Part shown: one piece after another, positions 23,907 to 31,603 of the stretch
Numbering within the stretch: the first letter of the stretch is position 1
Layout: each line of letters opens with the position of its first letter
Source of the DNA: Patescibacteria group bacterium
Lineage (GTDB): Bacteria; Patescibacteriota; Minisyncoccia; UBA6257; UBA9933
Assembly: GCA_038063335.1 (NCBI GenBank)
Contig: JBBTVF010000033.1
Span: forward strand, 1-33,091
Length of the DNA: 33,091 bases
Direction of reading: 5' to 3'
Made by a program: the position numbers and the translations under genes
Notes under the pieces: generated by a model
What the model saw: the letters and a program-made list of their open reading frames with translations, nothing else
The model's database searches: none
What the model was told of the DNA's origin: nothing

Positions 23907-26900
23907 ATGGATTTTAAATCATTAAAAATACAAATAGCGTCTCCGGAAAAAATTTTATCATGGTCGCATGGCGAAGTGATAAAGCCGGAAACCATTAATT
24001 ACAGAACTCAGCGTCCGGAACGCGACGGGCTTTTTTCAGAGCGCATTTTTGGTCCAACCAAAGATTACGAATGTTATTGCGGCAAATATAAGAAAATCCG
24101 TTATAAGGGAATAAAATGCGATAAATGTGGCGTTGATGTCATCAAGTCGTCCGTGCGGCGCGAAAGAATGGGGCATATTGTTTTAGCGGCTCCGGTGTCT
24201 CATATTTGGTTTTTAAAAAGCGTGCCGTCAAGAATCGGTTTATTTATTGACGCTCCTATTCAAAAATTGGCAAGAGTCATTTATTACGCCGCTTACATCG
24301 TGATGTCGGTTAATGAAGACAATAAAAAAAGAATTCTTGAAGAAATAGATAAGGAGTTTAAGGCGAGAAAAAAGACGATTGCCAAAGAAAAAAGCAAAGA
24401 ATTTGAAGAAGAAGCGAAAAAAACCAAAGATCTGCTTGCTTCAATTTCAGTGGGAAAAATTTTAAACGAAGCGGAGTATTTCAGTTTATCAAAAAAATTC
24501 TCCACTGTTTTTGAAGCCGGAAGCGGCGCGGAAGCAATCAGAAAAATTTTGGAAAAAATAAATTTGGAAAAAGAAGGGGCAAAAATAGAGAAAGAAATAA
24601 AAAGCGGCAAAGATTCAATCCGCCAAAAAAAGCTTCTTTATAAATCAAAGATAATCAATTCGTTTATAAAAAATAAAATGCGGCCGGAATGGCTGATATT
24701 CACGGTTTTGCCTATTTTGCCTCCCGACCTTCGGCCGATGGTGGCGCTTGATGGCGGCCGATACGCCACATCTGACCTCAATGACCTTTATAGAAGGGTG
24801 ATAAATCGCAATAACCGTTTGAAAAAACTTTTAGAAATTAAGGCGCCGGAAATTATCGTTACCAATGAAAAAAGAATGTTGCAGGAAGCAGTTGATTCTT
24901 TAATTGACAATTCCGCTCGTTTCGGCAGTCAACAGCAAATGTCATCTCAGCGCCGGCCTCTTAAATCTTTAGCTGATATTCTCAAGGGAAAAGAAGGTCG
25001 TTTCCGCCAGAATTTGCTTGGTAAGCGCGTTGATTATTCCGGACGTTCGGTTATCGTTGTCGGACCGGAATTGCCGCTTGATACCTGCGGTTTGCCGAAA
25101 AAAATGGCTTTGGAACTTTTTAAGCCGTTTGTTATCAGTGAGATAATTAAAAGAGGCATGGCTTATAATATTAGAAACGCCAATCGTTTAATAGATACCG
25201 CAACTCCGGAAATTTGGGGGATTTTAGAAGAAGTCATAAAAGACAAAAAAGTTTTGCTTAATAGAGCGCCTACTTTGCACCGTTTGGGTATTCAGGCCTT
25301 TAAGCCGGTGCTTATTGAAGATTTGGCAATTAGAATTCCGCCGATGGTTTGCGCGGCGTTTAACGCCGATTTTGACGGCGACCAAATGGCCGTGCATTTG
25401 CCGCTTTCCGAAGAAGCTCAAAAAGAAGCTTCTGAATTAATGCTTGCTTCCCGTAATATTTTAAAGCCGGCGAATGGCGATCCGGTTGCTCAGCCGACTC
25501 AAGATATTGTTTTGGGCTGTTATTTTCTGACAAAAATAAAAGATGAAAATGAAAAAGAAACCAAAAAAATGAAAACTTTTTTTGGCCCGGGAGAAGCAAT
25601 TATGGCTTGTGAATTCAACAGTGTTAAAATTAATGAATTGATTAAAGTAAGGTTGCCGGAAACGGAAGGTTTAGTGGTCACCAGCGTCGGCAGATTGATT
25701 TTCAATGAAATCGTTCCGGAAGATTTTGGATTTGTTAATAAGACGATGAATAAAAAAGAACTCGGGAAATTTCTCTCTGGACTTATAGACAAATACGGAT
25801 TGAAAGATATTTGGAAAATTTTAGATGAAATTAAAAAATTAGGGTTTAAATATTCGGCTTATTCCGGCGTCAGTTGGGGAATGAATGATTTAATTGTTCC
25901 TTTGGGGAAAAATAAAATTGTGAGCGCGGCCGAAAAAGAAGTGAATAATATTAAGGGACAGTTTGAAGAGGGACTTTTAACCGACTTTGAACGCCACGCG
26001 AGAATTATCAGCGTTTGGGATAAAGCCAAAGAAGAAATTGCTAAAGTGGTTCCAAAAACCCTTGACCCAAATGGTTCGGTTTATTCAATTATTGATTCTG
26101 AAAGCCGTGGTTCATGGTCTCAACCTATTCAAATGATGGGCATGAAGGGGTTAGTGGCGAATCCGCAGGGAGAAACGATTGAATTGCCGATTAAGTCGTC
26201 TTATAAAGAGGGATTAAGCGTTTTGGAATTCTTTATTAACACGCATGGCGCCAGAAAAGGATTGACTGACACTGCTCTTAAAACCGCTCAGGCCGGATAT
26301 TTAACCAGGCGTTTAGTTGATGTTTCTCAGGATTTAATAATAAGAGAAGAAGATTGTAAAACAACAAAGGGTAGGACTATTGTTCGTAAGGATGGCGATG
26401 ATTACGGCGTTTCTTTCAGTCAGAGAGTTTTTGGAAGAACTGCGCTTGAAGATATTAAAGTTGGAAATAAAGTTTTAGTTAAGGCCGGAGAAATTATAAG
26501 TCGGCAGGCCGCTCAAACGGTTGAAAATTCTCAAATTGACCAAGTGGAAGTAAGATCGCCCATGGAATGCAAAGCGGCTTCGGGAATTTGTTCAAAATGT
26601 TACGGATACGATTTATCAAAAACTCGGTTAATTGAAATTGGCGAAGCGGTCGGCGTGGTGGCCGCCCAGTCAATCGGAGAACCGGGAACTCAACTTACTT
26701 TAAGGACATTCCATACGGGTGGCGTTGCAGGAGTTGACATTACTCATGGCCTACAGAGGGTTCAAGAATTATTTGAAGTCCGTGTTCCTAAGGGAAAAGC
26801 GTATTTGGCTGAAGCGGATGGAGTAATTGAAGATATTGAACAGCGCAAGAATCTTAAGGTGATTCTGTTGAAAATCGTTGATAAAAAGAAAAAATCAAAA

Positions 26901-27452
26901 ATTATAGAATATCCGGTGGCGTCGGCAGCCATAATTTTCGTTAAACCGAAAGACCGTGTTTCAATCGGCGACCAGCTCTGCGAAGGAAGTATTGATTTAC
27001 AGGAACTTTTTAAATTCAAAGGCAAAGAAACGGCTGAGCGTTATATTATTAATGAAGTGCAAAGAATCTATGCTTCCGAGGGAAGCGCCATCAACGATAA
27101 GCATCTTGAAATAATTGTCAAGCAAATGTTTTCGCGCGTAATGATTAAAGAAGCCGGCGACACGAATTTTGTTCCCGGCGAAATAGTGGAAAAAAGCCTT
27201 CTAATGGAAGCCAACAGAGAGATAAAAAAGAAAAGTAAAAATCCTTCTTTGGCAAAACAGCTTTTAATGGGAATCACGAAAGTTTCTCTTACTACATCCA
27301 GCTTCTTATCAGCCGCTTCATTCCAAGAAACGGCGCGCGTGCTTGTTGCGGCTGCCTGCGAAAGCAAAGAAGACAAACTAAAAGGATTAAAAGAAAACGT
27401 TATTATTGGCAGATTAATTCCGGCTGGTACGGGGATTAAAAAAAGCGAATAG
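23907..27452 (+). CDS. rpoC: DNA-directed RNA polymerase beta-prime subunit
   Basis: Zn-binding CYCGKYKKIRYKGIKCDKCGV, LPPDLRP, RFRQNLLGKRVDYSGRSVIVVGPEL, catalytic NADFDGDQMAVH, GARKGLTDTALKTAQAGYLTRRLVDV. Confidence 0.97.
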   Translation: MDFKSLKIQIASPEKILSWSHGEVIKPETINYRTQRPERDGLFSERIFGPTKDYECYCGKYKKIRYKGIKCDKCGVDVIKSSVRRERMGHIVLAAPVSHIWFLKSVPSRIGLFIDAPIQKLARVIYYAAYIVMSVNEDNKKRILEEIDKEFKARKKTIAKEKSKEFEEEAKKTKDLLASISVGKILNEAEYFSLSKKFSTVFEAGSGAEAIRKILEKINLEKEGAKIEKEIKSGKDSIRQKKLLYKSKIINSFIKNKMRPEWLIFTVLPILPPDLRPMVALDGGRYATSDLNDLYRRVINRNNRLKKLLEIKAPEIIVTNEKRMLQEAVDSLIDNSARFGSQQQMSSQRRPLKSLADILKGKEGRFRQNLLGKRVDYSGRSVIVVGPELPLDTCGLPKKMALELFKPFVISEIIKRGMAYNIRNANRLIDTATPEIWGILEEVIKDKKVLLNRAPTLHRLGIQAFKPVLIEDLAIRIPPMVCAAFNADFDGDQMAVHLPLSEEAQKEASELMLASRNILKPANGDPVAQPTQDIVLGCYFLTKIKDENEKETKKMKTFFGPGEAIMACEFNSVKINELIKVRLPETEGLVVTSVGRLIFNEIVPEDFGFVNKTMNKKELGKFLSGLIDKYGLKDIWKILDEIKKLGFKYSAYSGVSWGMNDLIVPLGKNKIVSAAEKEVNNIKGQFEEGLLTDFERHARIISVWDKAKEEIAKVVPKTLDPNGSVYSIIDSESRGSWSQPIQMMGMKGLVANPQGETIELPIKSSYKEGLSVLEFFINTHGARKGLTDTALKTAQAGYLTRRLVDVSQDLIIREEDCKTTKGRTIVRKDGDDYGVSFSQRVFGRTALEDIKVGNKVLVKAGEIISRQAAQTVENSQIDQVEVRSPMECKAASGICSKCYGYDLSKTRLIEIGEAVGVVAAQSIGEPGTQLTLRTFHTGGVAGVDITHGLQRVQELFEVRVPKGKAYLAEADGVIEDIEQRKNLKVILLKIVDKKKKSKIIEYPVASAAIIFVKPKDRVSIGDQLCEGSIDLQELFKFKGKETAERYIINEVQRIYASEGSAINDKHLEIIVKQMFSRVMIKEAGDTNFVPGEIVEKSLLMEANREIKKKSKNPSLAKQLLMGITKVSLTTSSFLSAASFQETARVLVAAACESKEDKLKGLKENVIIGRLIPAGTGIKKSE

Positions 27453-27455
27453 CCA

Positions 27456-28361
27456 CTATCCACTAGTCACTAGTGTCGGCTTTTTTCCTTCAACTTGGAT
27501 TTTTGTTAATTTTAATTTATTATCAGAAATTTGCGCTTCTAATAATTTTATCCTTTTTCCGTTTACCCCCACACCAAACAAAGTTGTGGTGTGGGGGTTT
27601 ATTATAGTCCAAACACCGGGTTCTGGATTCAGGGCTCGAATTTTTCGTTCTATTTCAAAAGCGACTTGTGGCGAGCTTGCTGAATTATCTTGGGCGATTT
27701 TTAAATCTTCCGGTTTTATAAAAGCATCTTCGGTTTTAAATTTTTTAGTGTAAGTGGCTTGCAATTCGTCTTGTGGCGTCGCGTTTTTTATTTTTTCTTC
27801 AATATCCGGCAAGGTTTTAATCAATAAATCCGCGCTTAATTCCGCCAGTTTTTTCAATAAACTTTCATAAGTTTCACTAGTGGCTAGTGGCAAGTGGCTA
27901 GTGGTTAAAATTGGCCCGTTATCAATCTGCTCGTCCATTAAATAAAGCGTTGTTCCTGTTATTTCATCGCCGTTTAAAATTGCGGTTTGGATAGGAGAAG
28001 CGCCGCGATATTTCGGTAAAAGAGAGGGATGGATGCCGATTGCGCCGAGCTGCGGGATTTTTAAAATTTCTTTGGGGATAATTTGAGAATAAGCGGCAAC
28101 AATAAACAAATCGAATGATGAATTGGGAATTATGAATAATGAAGGGTCTAATTTTTCCGGTTGGAAAATTTGTATTTTATTCCTTATTCCTAATTCATAA
28201 TTCATAATTCTCTGTTTTACCGGCGGCGGGGTGATAATTTTTTTTCTGCCAACCGGTTTATCGGGATTGCAAACAACCGCCTCGGGTATAAAGTCGGCGT
28301 TAATTAATTTTTCCAAAATTATGGCGGCAAATTCGGGAGTGCCGAAGAATATGAATTTCAT
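27456..28361 (-). CDS. fmt: Methionyl-tRNA formyltransferase
   Basis: MKFIFFGTPEFAA, IVAAYSQIIPKEIL, GAIGIHPSLLPKYRGASPIQTAILNGD..TG.T, plus the C-terminal domain. Contains several repeat-derived in-frame segments. Confidence 0.9.
   Translation of the reverse strand: MKFIFFGTPEFAAIILEKLINADFIPEAVVCNPDKPVGRKKIITPPPVKQRIMNYELGIRNKIQIFQPEKLDPSLFIIPNSSFDLFIVAAYSQIIPKEILKIPQLGAIGIHPSLLPKYRGASPIQTAILNGDEITGTTLYLMDEQIDNGPILTTSHLPLATSETYESLLKKLAELSADLLIKTLPDIEEKIKNATPQDELQATYTKKFKTEDAFIKPEDLKIAQDNSASSPQVAFEIERKIRALNPEPGVWTIINPHTTTLFGVGVNGKRIKLLEAQISDNKLKLTKIQVEGKKPTLVTSG
27566..27597. repeat. Second copy of the CCCCCACACC / GGTGTGGGGG palindromic element, inside the fmt coding sequence
   Basis: Arms at 27566-27575 and 27588-27597 with a 12-nt loop. 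Translated on the minus strand as PHTTTLFGVG. Confidence 0.85.
27875..27904. repeat. Heptamer tandem repeat (CTAGTGG x4, one variant unit) inside fmt
   Basis: CA-CTAGTGG-CTAGTGG-CAAGTGG-CTAGTGG. Related units (CCACTAT CCACTAG TCACTAG TG) lie at 27453-27475, spanning the gap between the rpoC stop codon and the fmt stop. Confidence 0.85.
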
Positions 28362-28870
28362 TTTTTTATTTTATCTATAAACAAAATTCCGTTGAGGTGG
28401 TCTGTTTCGTGTTGAAAAACTCTGGCGGTCAGTCCTTCTGCTTTGATTTTAATTTTCTGGTCGTTTTTGTTAAAACCGGTTAGGGCGATTTTTTTCGGCC
28501 GTTCCACTTCGCCGAGAACTCCGGGAACGCTTAAACAGCCCTCTTCAATTATTTCCGTTTGTTTGGAAAATTTTATGATTTCCGGATTGAAAATCGCGTA
28601 AAATTTTGCTTCATCGGGAGATGGCATAATAATTTTATTTTTTTCGTCCCGTTTTAGCGGTTTGTCCGGAATTAAAGCGACAAACATTTTTAAATTCAAG
28701 CCGATTTGATTGGCGGAAAGCCCGATGCCGTTGGCATTCAACATTATTCCCCGCATTTTTTTAATCAATTCGTTGATTTCTTTTTTAGAGAATTTTACGA
28801 AGTCAAAATTTGCGGTTTTTGTCCGCAAAAATTTCTCCTCTTTTTTATTGTTAATGGTAAGAATTTTCAT
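28358..28870 (-). CDS. def: Peptide deformylase
   Basis: GIGLSANQIG, EGCLSVPG, QHETDHLNG (HExxH). Start overlaps the integrase stop and stop overlaps the fmt start, 4 nt each. Confidence 0.93.
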   Translation of the reverse strand: MKILTINNKKEEKFLRTKTANFDFVKFSKKEINELIKKMRGIMLNANGIGLSANQIGLNLKMFVALIPDKPLKRDEKNKIIMPSPDEAKFYAIFNPEIIKFSKQTEIIEEGCLSVPGVLGEVERPKKIALTGFNKNDQKIKIKAEGLTARVFQHETDHLNGILFIDKIKK

Positions 28871-29694
28871 AAATTATCCAATGGGCTTTTAATATTTCTA
28901 ATGGCTGGATTGGTAACTTTTGTATAGAGTTGGGTTGTTCTGATATTCTGATGCCCCAATAATTCTTGTACATATCTTACATCAACTCCATTTTCCAGCA
29001 AATGTGTCGCAAAGCTGTGGCGGAGTGAATGGAAAGTCGCCTCTTTTTGGACACCTGATTTTTTGAGTGCGTTTTCAAAAACTTTTTGCGCCGTTCGTTC
29101 TGTTAATTTTTCACTGCGTTCACTGGCAAATAAATAATCATTAATGTTTTTATTTGAAATCGATTTTTCAATATTTTTAACTAATTTTTCAGGTAAAATA
29201 GTAATACGATCTTTATTTCCTTTTGCTCCTTTAAGATGAATTGTCAATTCCGCTAAATTAATATCTTTCACTTTCAAATTTATAACTTCGCTGACACGGA
29301 ATCCGGCTCCGTAAGACAAGGCAACGATTAATTTATGTTTTTGATTTGAAATGGAATTTATAATTTTTTCTATTTCCAGCCGCGAAAGCACTATTGGCAA
29401 CTTTTTTGATGTCTTGGCAAACTTTAAGTCAATCACAATCAGCGATTTCATTATATCGCGATAGAAATATTTTATCGCGTTAAGATAAAGATTGATGGTT
29501 TGCGACGATTGTTTCCTTTCTTGTTTCTCTAATAGATATTTTTTGATTACATCAATATTCGGGTCTTTCTCAATGGTTCCAATAAAACGAAAGAAATTGG
29601 ATAAGCACAGAATATAGCTTTTTATCGTTTTGCGACTGTAGTTGCGCAATCTTAGCTCGTTTTCAATTTTTTGCAACAACTCTTGTGTTTGCAT
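28867..29694 (-). CDS. intI: Tyrosine recombinase; candidate integron integrase, short form without the IntI-specific extra domain
   Basis: R-H-R-Y set: GAGFRVSE, HSLRHSFATHLL, LLGHQNIRTTQLYTKV. The N-terminal YSRKTIKSYILCLSNFFRF and C-terminal IKSPLDNL resemble IntI as remembered. Divergent from an attI-like site and a cassette array. Confidence 0.8.
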   Translation of the reverse strand: MQTQELLQKIENELRLRNYSRKTIKSYILCLSNFFRFIGTIEKDPNIDVIKKYLLEKQERKQSSQTINLYLNAIKYFYRDIMKSLIVIDLKFAKTSKKLPIVLSRLEIEKIINSISNQKHKLIVALSYGAGFRVSEVINLKVKDINLAELTIHLKGAKGNKDRITILPEKLVKNIEKSISNKNINDYLFASERSEKLTERTAQKVFENALKKSGVQKEATFHSLRHSFATHLLENGVDVRYVQELLGHQNIRTTQLYTKVTNPAIRNIKSPLDNL

Positions 29695-29808
29695 TAAAAT
29701 TATGCTATTTTAACTATGGAGTCGATAAAATAATCTTACTAAAACTTCGCATAATACGCAAGTTTTAGTATATAAACAGAAATTTATTCGCATAATAACG
29801 AGTTATGT
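29695..29808 (+). other. attI-like region
   Basis: Direct repeats TCGCATAATA (29747-29756 and 29788-29797). 11-bp palindrome TACTAAAACTT / AAGTTTTAGTA (29737-29770). Terminal core GTTATGT at 29802-29808, after which sequence complementary to the end of cassette 1 begins. Confidence 0.6.
29746..29774 (+). promoter_or_regulatory. Candidate cassette promoter (Pc-like) within attI
   Basis: TTCGCA, 17-nt spacer, TATATA, oriented into the array. Overlaps the attI palindrome. Sequence-only guess. Confidence 0.3.
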
Positions 29809-29916
29809 GAAATAGCCAGAAATTTCTTTTTTCTATTTTAAAGTTTTTTTTGGCAATTTATTTTCACGGTCGACATAACTTGATATTTAATAATTTAATA
29901 AATTAACAACAAAATT

Positions 29917-30477
29917 ATGAATATCGAAAAAATTGGAAATAATCCCCCTGCAAAAGAAAATTTAAAAAATTTTCACGAAGGTGGGGCTGAAGAAGTTTTT
30001 GGGAAAGAATTTAATAAAAAAACTGCTGAGCACGGTGTAGTTTTTGATGAAAATGGAATTGCAAATGTGCCTGGCAAAAAAGTAGTGGAATTAATAGAGA
30101 AGGGCATTGTTTCGAAAGTAATTTTCTTTGATCCAGGGTACACACTTGGTGTTTTTGAAGATTCTGAAGGCAATGATACTACAGAACAAGTATTAAATTC
30201 TATTAAATTGGATACAAAATTTTTAGAATTAATGCCACGCGTAGAATTGCACGCAGGGTGGAGTGGTTTTTCCTTTGATTTGCCAACGTCTCCAGATGAG
30301 GCCCCTGAAGACCTGGCTAGAATTATAGGAGATGAGTCATCATGGTTAGCATTTTTGAAGCTTACTAAAGAAGAGGAAAATAATATTTGGTATGAAACAA
30401 GATTGAGATTGGGATTTACAAAGGAAGAAATAGATGAAGCAAAAAGAAAAGGAGAATTCCCGTCTAACCCAAAATAA
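29917..30477 (+). CDS. Cassette 1 ORF, hypothetical protein
   Basis: 186-aa ORF that fills cassette 1. No recognisable motifs. Confidence 0.6.
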   Translation: MNIEKIGNNPPAKENLKNFHEGGAEEVFGKEFNKKTAEHGVVFDENGIANVPGKKVVELIEKGIVSKVIFFDPGYTLGVFEDSEGNDTTEQVLNSIKLDTKFLELMPRVELHAGWSGFSFDLPTSPDEAPEDLARIIGDESSWLAFLKLTKEEENNIWYETRLRLGFTKEEIDEAKRKGEFPSNPK

Positions 30478-30524
30478 ATTGCCAAAAAAATTTTTATAAG
30501 GAGAAAGAAATTTCTGGCTACATC

Positions 30525-30723
30525 ACATAACAACGCATATCTGGCTACAGGAAATTGACATTTATAAAATCCTTAAGAAGTGCCAATTTCCCTCCGCCCA
30601 AATTTTCATCCCTTAGTCTGATGAAGGTTTAGGCGGAGATAATTAAACAAAACATTGTCTGAAATCAAAAGTTTATCCTACTAAGTCGGGATGAAAACTT
30701 CAGATGATGCGTAAACATTAGGC
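30525..30723 (+). repeat. attC-like site of cassette 1 (~199 bp)
   Basis: R'' ACATAAC (30525-30531). L''/L' pairing ACGCATATCTG with CAGATGATGCGT, one extrahelical base. Inner hairpin CTCCGCC...GGCGGAG. R' ATTAGGC (30717-30723; A in place of the canonical G). Confidence 0.7.
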
Positions 30724-30775
30724 GAAATTTAAATTTAGGCCTTTAAAATTTATAATAAGGAAGCTTTTTTAAAAA

Positions 30776-30813
30776 ATTTTTAAAATAAAGAGGCGACCAG
30801 TTTCAGTCGCCCC
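30776..30813 (-). terminator. Rho-independent terminator of the reverse-oriented cassette 2 gene
   Basis: GGCGAC (30792-30797) pairs with GTCGCC (30806-30811). On the minus strand it is followed by CTTTATTTTAAAAA. Confidence 0.6.
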
Positions 30814-30833
30814 GATTTTGTGAATGCCAGCGC

Positions 30834-31208
30834 TTAGGCCGCCATCAACCTTTTCGCTTCCACGGTCATTTGTGGCATATACTCAAAGAACTTGTGCCTT
30901 TCCGGATTGTCCGTGCTGGCGATTTTCTTTGGCCAATTGATTGCCCACAGCTCAGCATTCTCAATGACCTTGTGGACATCGAGAAAAAAAGCTGCTGTCG
31001 CGGAATTGCAAATGATGACCACCTTGTCATGTTTCGCCCAGTCGGACAAACATGACGGCATTTTCCCGATACCCACCAAGTCGACGAGCCTTACTTTCTG
31101 CACTTCTATCTCGTCGTGCTGGAAGTGATGCAATAACGAATCGTCAAAATCCGTAACCAGTTTGTCGCCTGAAATGTTGTTGCAGATTACCACAAACTTA
31201 GTCTTCAT
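30834..31208 (-). CDS. Cassette 2 ORF, hypothetical protein, opposite orientation and visibly higher G+C
   Basis: 124-aa ORF with a strong SD (GGAGGAGGG, minus strand) 7-8 nt upstream of the ATG, plus its own promoter and terminator. Confidence 0.65.
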   Translation of the reverse strand: MKTKFVVICNNISGDKLVTDFDDSLLHHFQHDEIEVQKVRLVDLVGIGKMPSCLSDWAKHDKVVIICNSATAAFFLDVHKVIENAELWAINWPKKIASTDNPERHKFFEYMPQMTVEAKRLMAA

Positions 31209-31263
31209 TTTTCCCTCCTCCTTAGATTGTAAGAACGATTTCGAAGCTAAAATAGCTCAGTTT

Positions 31264-31291
31264 AGTATAGCAAGAATTTACTTTATGTCAA
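31264..31291 (-). promoter_or_regulatory. Cassette-internal promoter for the 30834-31208 gene
   Basis: On the minus strand: TTGACA (31291-31286), 16-nt spacer, TATACT (31269-31264). Confidence 0.5.
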
Positions 31292-31376
31292 TATGGAGGA
31301 GTTAAAAATGAATTTTAAAAATTTTTTAAAAAAGCTTTTTTCACTTTAATATTTTAAAGGCCTAAATTTAAACATC

Positions 31377-31551
31377 GCCCAACACGGCACATGCGGTTCA
31401 TCCCGCCTTCATTGTATATATCAAGGAATGGCGGGACTCACCTAAATTGCGCTGACGAAATGGCAAGTTTAGTGATATAATCGAGTAAGCGATATTAACA
31501 AAATAATCAATTAAACCACGGCGCAACTTCGCATGTGCCGATACGTTAGGC
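31377..31551 (+). repeat. attC-like site of cassette 2 (175 bp)
   Basis: R'' GCCCAAC (31377-31383). L'' CGGCACATGCG (31385-31395) pairs perfectly with L' CGCATGTGCCG (31530-31540). R' GTTAGGC (31545-31551). Confidence 0.8.
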
Positions 31552-31603
31552 GAAATTTTAAAAAACAAACTTATATATATATTTAGCCCCTTTTAATTTT
31601 TTT

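Noticed and set aside
31293-31349. 18-codon plus-strand ORF (MEELKMNFKNFLKKLFSL) preceded by nothing SD-like, located in cassette 2.
   Set aside because: It overlaps the minus-strand promoter region and the extended attC arm. It is too short and of too low complexity to support as a gene.
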